Assembly (NCBI GenBank): GCA_004431415.1
Contig: QPMI01000090.1
Coordinates: 1 to 64,000, forward strand
From: Cyanophora paradoxa CCMP329
Lineage: Eukaryota > Plantae > Glaucophyta
DNA: 64,000 bases
Direction of reading: 5' to 3'
Position 1 is the first letter of the stretch. Each line of letters begins with the position of its first letter. A program made the translations under genes and the position numbers. Positions 17,636 through 30,300 of the stretch are shown in pieces. The notes beneath the pieces were generated by a model. The model did no database searches, was not told the origin of the DNA, and saw only the letters and a program-made list of their open reading frames with translations.

Positions 17636-20600
17636 GACGCGCTGCACATCGCCTGCCGGTTTGGGGGGGTGGGTGTGGCACGAACAGTGCTGGCTGCGGC
17701 GGCTCGCTTAAGCTTGCACTCGGGCTGCCGGCTTGATGACCTCTTCTCTGCGAGGGACTGCGAGGGCCGCACAGCACTTCACGTCGCCGCCAAGCACTCG
17801 CCGAACCTCGTGAAGGACCTGCTCAAGGAGGGGGCCGACCCGCTCTCCAAGGTCCGCATTCATTTGCACTCGTGTGCATGCATTAGAAATATATGCGCAT
17901 GTGCAGCCACATGTGCGGCGCGCGAATTAAATCGCGTTCGCACATCCAGCTCCGGGGGGATCCCGCTCATGATCACGATTGTGGACCAACATTATATATT
18001 ATCTATAGCTAATTGTACAATAAAGGTTCCGCACTAGTACTAGATCTCCGGACATCCGGGATCCAGGATCCATGTGGATCTCGCACCAATATCGATATCC
18101 CGCACTCGCGATCGAGCTCGATCTCGCAATCGCTCCTGACGCAGACTACAGGACGCGGCCGGCGACACAGTGCTGCACACCGCCTGCAAGTGGGGATGGG
18201 CGGATATGGCGCAGGCGCTGCTGGCTGCAGCGACCCGCGTGGGGCGCCGGCTTGACCTCCTTTCCATGAGGGATGGTACAGGCCGCACCGCGCTTCACGT
18301 CGCCGTCGAATGCATATGCTGGCCTGAGCTTGCGGAGGTCCTGCTGAAGGCCGGCGCCGACCCATTCCGCAAGGTTTGCAGTCGCCGAGTCGATATGTCG
18401 ATGCTGACGGTCTCGAGCTCGCGTGCACCTTTGATATTATAATTAATCGCGATCGCACGTTTGATATTACTCGTAATCATGATCATATAGAACTCGATAA
18501 TGTTATCGATCGCGATATCGATAAAGCTTTTGCCTGCAGCTGGCAATCTCACAATCGCATTCGTTCCGAAATTCGGATTCTAACGCAGCTGATCGTGACA
18601 TCGACAGGACTCGACGAACGCTACTGCGCTGCACATCGCCTGCCGGTTGGGGCGGGCCGACACGGCACGGGCTCTGCTGGCTGCGGCAGCCCGCAAGGGC
18701 AGCCAGTCTGCTGTTGATCTGCTTTCCGCTTGGGATGGCGAGGGTTGCAACGCGCTTCACGTCGCCGTCAAATTCTCTTTCAAGGTTGTGGAGGTACTGT
18801 TGAACGCCGGCGCCGACCCGCTCTGGAAGGTTTGCCCGCGGTCGATGCGCACCGGTACCAGCTGCAGCTGCAGCTACAATCACAAAATATATCGATTTCG
18901 ACTTAATTATATAATCATGCACCCAATTGCAACAGGATATGGCGGGGGCGAACGCGCTGCACATCGCTTGCCAGTTGGGGCGGGCGGGCGCAACACGGAC
19001 TCAAGCTCTGCTGACCGCGGCAGCCCAGGCGGGTCGCCAGCACGCTCTCCTCTCTTCAATGGACGGCGAGGGCCGCACTCCGCTTCACGTCGCTTTTGAA
19101 TACTCTTCTAATCGTGTTGAAGCGCTACTGAAGGCTGGCGCCGATCCGCTTAGCAAGGTTCTCCGGATCCCGCGTTCGCACGTGCACATGTACACCTTAA
19201 TTAACATAATTATATATATTCACGTGCATGAGCGCTATATATATATATAGCTATAGCTAGCAGCTGCAGAACGTATATACGTATACTAGATATACTATAG
19301 CCAGTATATATAAATACGTATCCGCGGCCGTATATATGAGATATCGATGTAGATCTGGTACGGCTACAGTGCGGCTGCAAATACGTATACCATGGCCAGT
19401 ACTAAATCTTAATCTAGCATTATATATATAAATATATATATATCCGTCGAAGTTCTTTGGATTAACGATCGCGAGTGCGCTTTCGGCATCGACAGGATGC
19501 GAACGGAGCCAGCGTACTTCACATCGCCTGCCAGTTGGGGCGAGGGGGCGTGGCGCGAACTCGAGCTGTGCTCGCTGCGGCGGAAAGTGCAAAGCGCCTG
19601 CCCGACCTCCTCTCCGCGAGGGACGGCGAGGGACGCACCGCACTTCACGTCGCTCTCAAGTGTTCGACAGATATTTTTCTTTTAGACATACTGCTGAAGG
19701 CCGGCGCCGACCCGTTCTGCATGGTGTGTTAATTATAACGTCATCTATATATAATGATAATAATGCTAATCATGACGTTTGCGACTTCACACTTAAGCCT
19801 CAAATTTTAATGCCTCGCTCGGTCAATATTTAACTGCAACGTCTTAATTAACGCCTCGAGCTCGGAATCGCTTCTAACGCAGTTTATATAATTACGCACA
19901 CCAGGACGCAACAGGCGCTACGGCGCTGCACATCGCCTGCAGATTCAAGCGGGCGGACGCGGTGCAGGCTCTGCTGGCTGCAGCGGCTCGCAAGGGGCGC
20001 CAGCTCGACCTCCTCTCCGCGAAGGACTGCGAGGGCCGCACCCCTCTTCACATCGCCATCGAACATTTGCCCAATTCGGCCATTGCAAAGGCCATGTTGG
20101 AGTCCGGTGCCGACACTCTTCTCAAGCTCAAGGTATGAGTTTTCGGAGTCCGCTCGCTGAACTGGCATTGCATATATGGCCATCTGCATGCAAACGGCAA
20201 CCCGCGAGCCCGTTTGCAATCGCGATCGCTCTCCTTACACAGTCGACAGGACGCAAAAGATGCCACTGCGCTGCACGTCGCCTGCCGGTTTGGGCGGGTC
20301 GGTGTGGCACGGGCGTTGCGAAAAACAGCGGCTCGCTTGGGGTTCCGGCTCGACCTCCTCTCTGCGAGGGACTGCGAGGGCCGCACAGCACTTCACGTCG
20401 CCGCCAAGCACTCGCCGAACCTCGTGAAGGACCTGCTCAAGGAGGGGGCCGACCCGCTCTCCAAGGTCCGAATTCATTTGCACTCGTGTGCATGCATTAG
20501 AAATATATGCGCATGTGCAGCCACATGTGCGGCGCGCGAATTAAATCGCGTTCGCACATCCAGCTCCGGGGGGATCCCGCTCATGATCACGATTGTGGAC

Positions 20601-22528
20601 CAACATTAATATTATATATTATCTATAGCTAATTGTACAATAAAGGTTCCGCACTAGTACTAGATCTCCGGACATCCGGGATCCAGGATCCATGTGGATC
20701 TCGCACCAATATCGATATCCCGCACTCGCGATCGAGCTCGATCTCGCAATCGCTCCTGACGCAGACTACAGGACGCGGCCGGCGACACAGTGCTGCACAC
20801 CGCCTGCAAGTGGGGATGGGCGGATATGGCGCAGGCGCTGCTGGCTGCAGCGACCCGCGTGGGGCGCCGGCTTGACCTCCTTTCCATGAGGGATGGTACA
20901 GGCCGCACCGCGCTTCACGTCGCCGTCGAATGCATATGCTGGCCTGAGCTTGCGGAGGTCCTGCTGAAGGCCGGCGCCGACCCATTCTGCAAGGTTTGCA
21001 GTCGCCGAGTCGATATGTCGATGCTGACGGTCTCGCGATTTCACCTTTGATATTATAATTAATCGCGATCGCACGTTTGATATTACTCGTAATCATGATC
21101 ATATAGAACTCGATAATGTTATCGATCGCGATATCGATAAAGCTTTTGCCTGCAGCTGGCAATCTTACAATCGCATTCGTTTCGAAATTTGGATTCTAAC
21201 GCAGCTGATCGTGACGTCGACAGGACTCGACGAACGCTACTGCGCTGCACATCGCCTGCCGGTTTGGTAGGGTCGACACGGCGCGGGCTCTGCTAGCTGC
21301 GGCTACGCGCACGGAGCGCCTGCATCGCCTTCTGTCTGCAAGCGACGGCGAGGGCCGCACCGCGCTCCACGTTGTGGTCGAACGCACAAGCTTAAGCATC
21401 GATTTCGATGTAGAGGTGGCGGAGTTGCTCGCGATCGTACTGTTGGAGTCTGGTGCCGACCCGCTCGGCAGGGTTCGTCTTCGAATTCTCCCTATCTCGA
21501 TCATCCCATGGCCATCAGCTCACAGCGCTAGCGCTCTTCATGACAGAATGCGTTCGGTGGAACCGCGCTGCACATTGCCTGCAAGTCGGGACGAGCGGAC
21601 GCGGCGCAAGCTCTACTCGCTGCGGCGGCCCGCGCGGGGACCCTACCCGCCCTTCTTTCCGCGACGGACTCCACGGGCCGCACCGCACTTCACGTCGCCG
21701 TCGACGTTTCGCAAGATCTGGCTCTCGTGTCGGTCTTGCTGGAGGCCGGTGCCGACCCGTGCTACAAGGTATGCAAATGCTCGTGGATGGCGCTGCGCAT
21801 GCGGGCCCCTATAGCTATGTCTAGCGATCGCGAACCGCGTTTCCGCATCGTCAAATTCGATTATTGACAGTCGATATGTACAGGATGCGGATGTCGGCAA
21901 AACCGCACTGCACATCGCCTGCGAGTCGGGGCGGGCGGAAACGGCACAGGCTCTCCTGGCTGCAGCGGCCCGTGCGGGGCGCCTGCTCGACCTCCTTTCG
22001 TCCAAGGACGACGCCGGCCACACGCCGCTCCAGCAGCTCATCAGCAGCCTGCGGCCATGTGGAAATAGAGACGATCTCTACGCCCTCCAATGCGAACACG
22101 TTGATAAGCAGCTGGAAGAAGAGTGGGAGCGCAATCGGGAGCTGGCCGGAGATCCGGAAGGGCTGGAGCGGGAGGAACGGGAACGGCAGGCGCGGGAGCG
22201 GAAGTCCTTAGTGCACGTTTACGACGTCGACCAGCTGCAGCTGGCCATGGAGTTGGAGGAGCCATTGGAGGAGCAGGCCCGGGAGCAGGCGCAGATGGCG
22301 TTCGACAATTGCAAGAAGCGAGCTCGAGCAAATTCCGATCCGGATCCGGAGGAGAAACATGTACAGCTGGCCGTGGACTCGGAGCGTGAGCGCCAGCGCG
22401 ACGATAACGAGGCCGAGCAGCTGCAATCACCGCGGATGTTTTCTGAAGAAATGGTCCAGAATTGCAATTGGTCGCGCATAGCTGTTTATGCCGTCGGTAT
22501 GTGTTCGCCAACTATAAATTTAAATTAA
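17636..22528 (+). CDS. Multi-exon ankyrin-repeat protein (5'-truncated or partial; possibly a pseudogene)
   Basis: Exons ~17636-17851, 18152-18373, 18608-18829, 18936-19157, 19496-19723, 19905-20132, 20250-20465, 20772-20993, 21224-21472, 21547-21768 and 21884 onward. Each encodes D..G.TALH.AC..G....LL.A...D.EGRTALHVA....LL.AGADP with phase-0 GT-AG introns. Confidence 0.85.
17741..21263 (+). repeat. Recent ~0.9-kb direct duplication (17741-~18648 vs 20355-~21263) including introns
   Basis: Near-identical exon and intron text at an offset of ~2614-2620; the ORF track gives identical translations for 18013 and 20633. Confidence 0.9.
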
Positions 22529-22649
22529 ATTGAATCCAACGATCCCGATTTCGAACTGAATAATCCCCTCGCGATCCTAATTAAACTAGCACGCGGCGGC
22601 CTCTGCTCGGGCTCTGATGACTGGGCCGGCCGCCGGTTGGAAACGGGGT

Positions 22650-23060
22650 AGAGTAAGTGAGGGCGGCGCCGGGCCCCGCCGGCGGGGCGCGTGCGGCGCG
22701 GCGCGGGCCCGCGGCGCCGCGCCTGCGCATGCGCGCGCGCACTGCCGGCCCCGCGCCTGCAGCTGCAGCTAGCTATAGCGCTGCGCATGCGCATATCATA
22801 GCTAGCGCTATAGCTATAGTATGCATGCGCATGCCGGCGTCGCGCCTGCCAACTGCCGCCGGCCGGCGCGGCGCGCGCCGCGCCTGCAGGCCCTGCACTG
22901 CCGGCCGCGGCGCCGCGTCGGCGCCGACTCGGCGGCGAGTCGCCGGCGACTCGCCGAGTCGGCGGCGCCGGCGTCGGCGCCCGCACTGCCGGCGCTGGCG
23001 GCGCGGCGGCGCCACGCGCGGAAGTCCAGCAAGCCGCTAGCCGGAGCTCAGCTATAGCTA
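22650..23060. repeat. Nested palindromic/hairpin GC-rich DNA
   Basis: For example CCGACTCGGCGGCGAGTCGCC|GGCGACTCGCCGAGTCGG around 22924-22962, plus GCGCATGCGC and CTAGCTATAG blocks. Confidence 0.6.
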
Positions 23061-23567
23061 GCTACGCTGGCCAGCTAGCGAGCCTGTCGGCTCGGTTGAC
23101 GGCTAAATTGTGCGCTTGTACCCAGCAATCGGCTCCCGACTCGCAGGAGCTCTTTTTTTCCGCGTTCGGTACAACAGGTACTTGATGCGGCCTAGCGCGC
23201 CACGCGCTGCTTCCCGAGCGCTGGCTTGTATGACATGCTCTGTCGAGCATCGCAAGAGCTTTCTTATGCACTTGGTCCGGCCTCTGTACGACCACAGGAT
23301 CAGGCGCTGCAAGGGATAGTCCAGGAAAGGGTCCGGTCCTTTTTTCCGCGCAGCATTCCGCTCTTTCCGGGTTCTGACAACGAATTCCGGGCTCTCGTGC
23401 ATGCACTAACACTCGGTTGAGAGCTCGGAGCTGGATCGGGAAATGAGCAGGACCGTCATTTTGTGAGTTACCGAAAACGGGGGCCCTACCCCGTTTCCAA
23501 TATTTGTCTAATTTGCGACCCTCGCGATCGGCGCAGAATCCGCGAACTCGAACCTCGACGGCTGGCA

Positions 23568-24077
23568 GCCGGAGGTCCTGGGGGTGCCCTGGGACTTCCT
23601 GGACGAGCCCATCTGGGGCTCGCGCCGCTCCGAGCCCCTCCTGCACGTCGCTCTCCGCGAGCTCGAGGCCACCCCCGAGGCAGTCCGCGCCCTCCTCGAC
23701 GCCGGCGCCGACCCCCGCCTCAAGGTCCGCGGCCATTTGTATATGCGTCTTTAAATTTTGAGCTATATAGCTTGGGAATCGAAAAGTTCTCATCTAATTT
23801 ATATTTGATTGTGCAGGACTGCAACGGCTCAACGGCGTTGCAGATTGCCGAATCATTGGAGAAGCAAGCTCAGATGCATATGGCGGAAGACGAAATGCAG
23901 ATTGCGCGGACGGCTGTGAAGGAAGCGATCCTTGTCTTCGCCGCAGAGAACTCCATCCCCCTCGAGCGCCTCTATGGATCGCAATCGGCAGCTGCAGATC
24001 TCGATCGGCCCCGCAAGCGGGCTCGCACAGCGGCCGGCCCCGTCCCTGCAGCTGCTGCAGCTGATAACGACGTGTAG
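23568..24077 (+). CDS. Second ankyrin-domain gene or fragment (last two exons)
   Basis: PLLHVALRELEATPEAVRALLDAGADPRLK|gt..ag|DCNGSTALQIAE...DNDV*. Upstream exons are uncertain. Confidence 0.55.
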   Translation, partial: AGGPGGALGLPGRAHLGLAPLRAPPARRSPRARGHPRGSPRPPRRRRRPPPQGPRPFVYASLNFELYSLGIEKFSSNLYLIVQDCNGSTALQIAESLEKQAQMHMAEDEMQIARTAVKEAILVFAAENSIPLERLYGSQSAAADLDRPRKRARTAAGPVPAAAAADNDV

Positions 24078-25097
24078 CAGCTCGAGCTCGGAAGTCGCGG
24101 TCGAGGATCCGGATCATGATCATGATCAATCGCAAGCTATAAAACCTCCAATTGCAAAACCAATCGCCAAACCAATTCGACTTCCTCCGAACCTGTACAT
24201 ACGTATGCGGCTTTGTTCGTATACACAACCAAACCAGCCGAACCTATTGCAATTGCTTTGGAATGCTCCCGGCGCGAATTCCAGAATATTTTAATTCGAA
24301 GGGGGGACGAGAGTAGATATGCAGAGCCTTGCAAGATATCAAGTTCTAGCTCTCGATCTAGAGAGGGAATAATCGTGATGAGCATATACGTATACGCAGG
24401 CCGGCAGCTCGATCTAGCTATATATATATAGACGTCGACGTCGACCGAGAACAAATTAAAAGCGGGCCTCGCACGCTCGAGCTCGACGCCGAGCCTCGGA
24501 GCCGACAGCCTCGAGCTCGACGCTCGCTCCTTAATTATATAAGCTTCAATTAGGATTAGTATTCATCATCATGCATGATCAATATTTAATCGATATCGAT
24601 ATCATGATCATGCATATGATATCCGATCGATATATATATCGATATCGATATCATGAACTCACGTGGCCGGACGCCTGTCTATACGTGCGCACTAGTACTA
24701 GTACTGCGGCATGCACACGTAACGATGAACTGGACATGGCCACCGTGGCACATAAAAAGATCGATATCCGGGGATCCGGGGGATCCGCGGCCCGCGGGGC
24801 GGGACCAGGTGACTAGGGCGGGATCCCCCGGACCATTGATCAGTGCTTATCATAGTATAATTGTGATGTACATGTCAATCAGTGCGTGCATGCACATGCG
24901 CGCGCTGAGGCCTAGGTTCTGCCAGCCACTGGCGTAGCGCAACGTGTATTGCGCAGCTGCAGTGTCGCAGCCCGGCACTGCGATTGAACATTGAAATATT
25001 CGTCAAACACTAGGCGATTTACCGAGCGAGCGCAAAGCATGGAAGAGTCTAAGGCGACACGAAAGTGAACTGGCCGGGGCTGCAGGCCCCCGGGGGC

Positions 25098-27186
25098 CTA
25101 GTTGAGGCTGGCGGGGAGGTGCGCTGGCGGGGCGCGGAAGCACGGCTCAAGCTTGCGGTCGTGGAAGCAGCGGTGCACGAAGTAGTAGTGCACCTGCGGG
25201 GGAGGGCCGGCGTCGAAAAGATAACCCAACAGGGCAGGGGGAGTGAGGGGCGGCGGACGCAGGCGGCGGCGACGACGAGGCAGTGGAAGATCTGGTGGGA
25301 GGAGAGCTGCGAGGCGGCGGCCCCGGGGTCAGCCGCCCGCGGGGCGCGGGTCGGCGGGGCCGGCGCGCACGAAGTAATCGAAGCGGCCGGGGAACCAGCG
25401 CTCGGGGATGCGCATGCTGCGGGGGCGGGCGGGCGGGCGGGCGGGCGCGCGTGAGGCCACGAGCGCCCAGGGCGGGGGCGGCGGGGGCCCGGACCTGTAG
25501 ATGACGGCGCCGACGAGATAGAGGGCGCCCATGAGGGCCAGCAGCGGCACCGTCTGCCGCCCCGTCGGCACCAGGCGGGGCGGGCGGGCCCGGGCGGGGG
25601 CGGGCCCGGGGCGCCCGGCGCACCCGGGTGACCTCCGGGCTGAAGATGCCGTAGATGCCCATCCGGTGGAAGCACGGGATGACCTGGCGGGGGCGCGACT
25701 CGTTGGGCGCGGCAGCGAGCCGCAGCGGGGCACGCGCTCACCCCGAAGAGGCCGAGCCCCGCGAAGAGAGAGGCCCGGAAGACCCGGAACTCTGTGCGCC
25801 GCGCCGGCTCGGGCCCGGGCGGGCGGGGCATGGGGCGGGGCAGGGCGCGGCGCACGGGGCTTCTCGAACTTCGGAATCAGCGACACAACAATCGTCGCGA
25901 TCGCAAAGGTCGAGATCGTCTGCGGGAGGGTACGCGGCGCGTCGGCGGGGGGAGGGGGTACGCGAGAGAGGACTCGAGGGGGTACGGGGCGGCCGCGCAC
26001 GATGAGGTACGCGATTTGCCAGAACGGCTGGCAGTAGAACCCGTAGAAGATAGCGGGATAGAAGGATCCTGGGTGCGCGGGGGTACAGGGTCACGACCGG
26101 AGGGGGGCTCCCGGAGCTCTCACGCAGGGCACCGCCGATGAGGACGCTGATGCCCGTGTACTGCGAGTCGCCAGGATGAGAGGGCAAGGAGAGGATTCAG
26201 GGGTACGGGGGCGCACGTCAAGGCGCCCGAAGACCTTCAGAGTGTTGTGGGAGTGGCTGCGGGGCGAGGGCGCAGGTTCGGAGGCCGCGGGGGAGGCCCG
26301 CAGGGGGCAGCCGCACCAGAAGAACGTGTGGAAGAGTGTGGAGAACAGGAGGCAGAGGGCGGCGGACGCGATGAAGATCGAGACGATGAGGCGATCGGCC
26401 CATGAGACGGCTGGGCGGGGCGCGTCGGTGGCGCGCGGATGGAGCGGCGGCGGCGCGGGCGCTCACTCAGGTCGTCCAGCGGCATCATAATCGTGTTCGC
26501 AAAGCCCATAGCGCCCACGAAGAGCGCGAAGCCCAACAGGTGCGTCCATATCTGCGGCCTCCCGGCTCGGGCGGAGAGCGCGAGCGCCGCGGCGGCGGCG
26601 CGACGCGTCACGCACGTTCATGGTCTCGTTATGCAGGCGAAAGATGCTCTTGAGGCAGAGCCAGATGGAGAAGCGCACGCGGTAGCCGCTGCGAACACCG
26701 GAATCTTCCCTGAGCACGTGGCGGCGGAAGGGGCGGGGGAGGGGCGCGTTCGCGTACGTGAGAATGAAGTCGTTATCGTGCAGCCTGGCGCGCTCGACAG
26801 TCAGTCACCAGGGCAAGAGACTTACCACAACTTCGGCGCCGCGAGACGAACCAGTCCGGGACTTCGCTAATCACGTGGAGGGCGTAGTCGTCGACCACGT
26901 AACCATCATCTTTGAGCAGATCGTGCGCGACGCACGCGTGCGACGGCTCGCTGGTCGGAGCGACGAGCGGCCCTCCGCTGACTTCCTTGACGCCCTTCTG
27001 TATTATGGCGTACAGAGAACCTGCTATTAAGTCAGCGGACGTACGAGGGCGCGTAGGCGGGACCCGCCCCGAGGACGCGCTGAAGCTAACTGATCGCACC
27101 AAAGCGCTTCCGGCGTCGCCCGCCCGTATGAGCCGCGTCCCCGCCACTGCTGCTCTCAATGTCCTCATCGAGAACGTCGGGGCCAT
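25098..27186 (-). CDS. PAQR/adiponectin-receptor-like (hemolysin III family) membrane protein, multi-exon
   Basis: HDNDFIL..GYRV...SIFRLHNETMNIWTHLLG, LLFSTLFHTF, LDYTGIS, RIPERWFPGRFD and SHQIFHCLVVAAA motifs. Confidence 0.9.
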
Positions 27187-27336
27187 CCTCGAGGGCCTCT
27201 CTCTCGCTCGAGTTGTGATCCATGCTCTCTCGTGTCGCGGGAGGGGATACTGTTGTTCGGCGCCGCAGCGCCTGACGCGGTTCCAGTCCTGGGCGCGCAC
27301 GCGGCACCCGGCACACCTCGAAAAAGCTGGTTGCCT

Positions 27337-30300
27337 ATGGTTCCTTGGGGTACAGGCAAATTCCAGCGAGAGAAAAAAACTTCAAACCCAACGACCGACG
27401 ATGGAGCTGCACAGGTGCGCGCTGCTGCTGAGCGTGAGGCTCTGTGCACCGGACCGACGTTGGTTCGCCGCAGCCCTGCCTTCGGGGAGGAGGGCGACGA
27501 AGATGTGTACTTTGACTTTGGTGGAGGAGGGAGCCGCTGCGCCACGCCGGTTTCGAGCTTCTCGAGATGCGCGACTCCAACATCCGGCTTCTCGCCGACT
27601 CCGTCGCCCCGGGGGCGAGAACCCAAGAAGCCGCGGCCATCGGCCCGTCCAGCTAACCGGAGTGAGCGCTGCCGAGCCCTTGCGGCGCTAGCTGTGGATC
27701 GCACAATGCGCTCCAATGCCTTAGCTACAGCGCACGCCACGATCGGGCGCATTGCTGACGTGGCCGGCGCAGTTCACGTCTGCGTCCGAGTGCGGCCTCC
27801 GTTCGCGCACGAGCTGAGCTCCTTTGCGAACGGAGAGCTGGGCGTTGCGATCAAGAAGGACCGCATCACGCTGAAGGCGACGCCGTTCAACGGGGCGGTC
27901 CGCTCTGCGATGCCGGCCCGTGGCCAGCGCCCTCTGACCCCGCGGCAGCTCCGGGACGCTTCCTTCCGCTTCGACTCGGTCATCGGGCCGGAGGGGTGCG
28001 CCCAGGGACCGCTCCTCCGCCTCTCTTTGCGCGGCTCGAGCGGCGGGGCAGGCGGCAGGAGGACGTGTACGCGGTGGCGGGCGAGCCGCTCGTTAGCGAG
28101 GTCCTCAGCGGCTACAACGGCACCATCATCTGCTACGGGCAGACCGGCAGCGGCAAGACCTACGTGCGCCCCGCGCCTCGCCTCGCCGCGCGGCGCCGCT
28201 CGAGCGGGCCGGGGGCGGCAGACGATGAGCAACACGGCGCACGGGGCGCGGGGCATCCTCTGGCAGGCGGTGGAAGCGCTGTTCCAGACGATGCGCTCGC
28301 CCGAGCACGCCGAGAAGTACGAGTACACGGTGCGCGGCCCCGCGGGGGGGAGGCATGTGGGGGCGCCTCGGGCGGGGGTCGAGCGGGGGCGGGGCGGGGG
28401 CAGGTGGGGGTGCAGCTGGCGCAGATCTACATGGAGCAGATCGAGGACCTGCTGCTGGAGGGGCCCGGGGGGCGGCCCCTCGCCATCCGCGAGTCCCCCG
28501 AGGACGGCGTCTACGTCGAGGGCCTCACGTGCGCCCCCGCTCCCCGCGGCGCCCCCGCCCTCCCCAGCTCGCGCCGAGGCGGCGCCGCCGGGCAGGTCGC
28601 GGCCGGCGACGCGGACCGAGGACGTGATCGCGATCCTCACGGAGGGCTACTCCCGCCGCGCCACCGCCTGCACTCGCATGGCCCGCCCCGCCCCTCCCCA
28701 CCCTTGCTGGGCGCCGGGCGCTGAGCACGGGGCTCGCGGCGGGCGCAGAACTTCAACAGCTCGCGGTCGCACGCGTGCCTGGTGCTGACGGTGGACCGGC
28801 GGGAGCGGGCGGCGCGGCAGGGGACGACGGGGCGGGGCAAGGCGCGGGGCCTGAAGACGCTGCGGCGGGGGCGGCTGATCTGCGTGGACCTGGCGGGGAG
28901 CGAGCGGGTGAAGAAGAGCGAGGTGGTGGGCCTCCAGCTCGACGAGGCCCGCGCCGTGAACCGCAGCCTCGCCGCCCTCGGCAACGTCGTCGCCGCCCTC
29001 GCCAGCCACGCCCCGCACGTCCCCTTCCGCGACAGCAAGCTCACCCGCCTCCTCCAGGGCCCGCCCCCCACGCCCCCGCCCCCGCCCCCGCCCCGGCTCG
29101 ACTCGAGCGCGCGCAGACTACCTGCGGGGCAACGCGCGCATCTCCGTCGTCGTCAACGTCTCCCCCGCCTCCAGCAGCTACCACGAGTCCACCGGGCGCG
29201 CCCCCCCGCCCCTGCTCCCTGCGGGGGGGCCTCGAGGCTGACGGCCGCGCCGCGCTGCGCCGGGTGCAGGGCGCTGACCTTCGCGAAGCGGGCGATGTGC
29301 GTGCAGACGGCCGCCCTCGTCAACGTCCAGCTCGACAGCGAGAAGGCCCGCGCCGGCCCGCCCGTCGCCACCGCCGACGGCCCCGCCGCCGCCGCGGAGC
29401 AGCAGCAGCAGCAGCAGCAGGAGCGGCAGCAGCGGCCCGGGGACGCGCAGGCGGAGCTGCGGGCGGCGCGGGGGGAGTGCGAGGAGCTGCGGACGGACCT
29501 GGGGATCTTCGTGGTGGAGAACGAGCGGCTGCGGGCCGAGGTCGAGCGCCTCAAGGCCGAGGCCGACGCCCTCCGCGCCGAGCACGCCCTCCAGGCCCGC
29601 CCCCCGCCCTCCTCCTCTTTGAGGCTCTGAGGCTCCCGCGGGCGCAGGTGGACGAGCTGGTGGAGAAGCTGACGTCGGAGGACGCGCGGCTGCTCGACGA
29701 GCGGCTCGACGGCGTCGCCCGCGAGCGCGAGTCCGAGCGCGCCGCCTGGGAGGCCACCATCTCCCGCGTTCGCCCCGCCCCCTTCATTTGTGTCCTCTGA
29801 GCCGGCCCCGGGCTCACGGCGGGCGCGGGGCAGTGGCGGGAGGCGCTGGACCTCGAGCGCGACGCCCGCCGGGCCGCCGAGCAGCGCGAGAAGGCGGTGC
29901 GGGGCCCTGCTCCGCAGAGGCGCCGCCGCGGGCGGCGGCTGAGCCTCGCCGGCGCAGGCGATCGCGCGGCAGGAGGCGCTGTGGCGGCAGGAGCGGGAGG
30001 AGCTGGATGCCGAGCTCGGGCGCCTGCGCGCCGACAAGTCCCGCGCCGACGAGGCCGTCGCCGCGGCCGAGGCGCTCGTCGTGCAGCTCCAGCGGGAGGC
30101 CTCCGAGCTGCGGCGGGCCCCCGCGAGCTCGCCGTCCCGTGCCCCGCCGGCCCTCGGCGAGGGCGAGGCGGCGGCGGAGCCGGCCGAGCCGGAGGAGGCG
30201 CCGGCGCGCACGACGCCGCGGCCCATGCACTGCACGCCCGACCTCGTCCGCCGCCGCGCTGCCTCCCGCCGCGCCCCCTCCGACGACGAGCGCGACGGCG

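Noticed and set aside
17741-21263. Diversity-generating retroelement template/variable repeat pair
   Set aside because: No reverse transcriptase, the copies include introns, and the differences are not adenine-specific.
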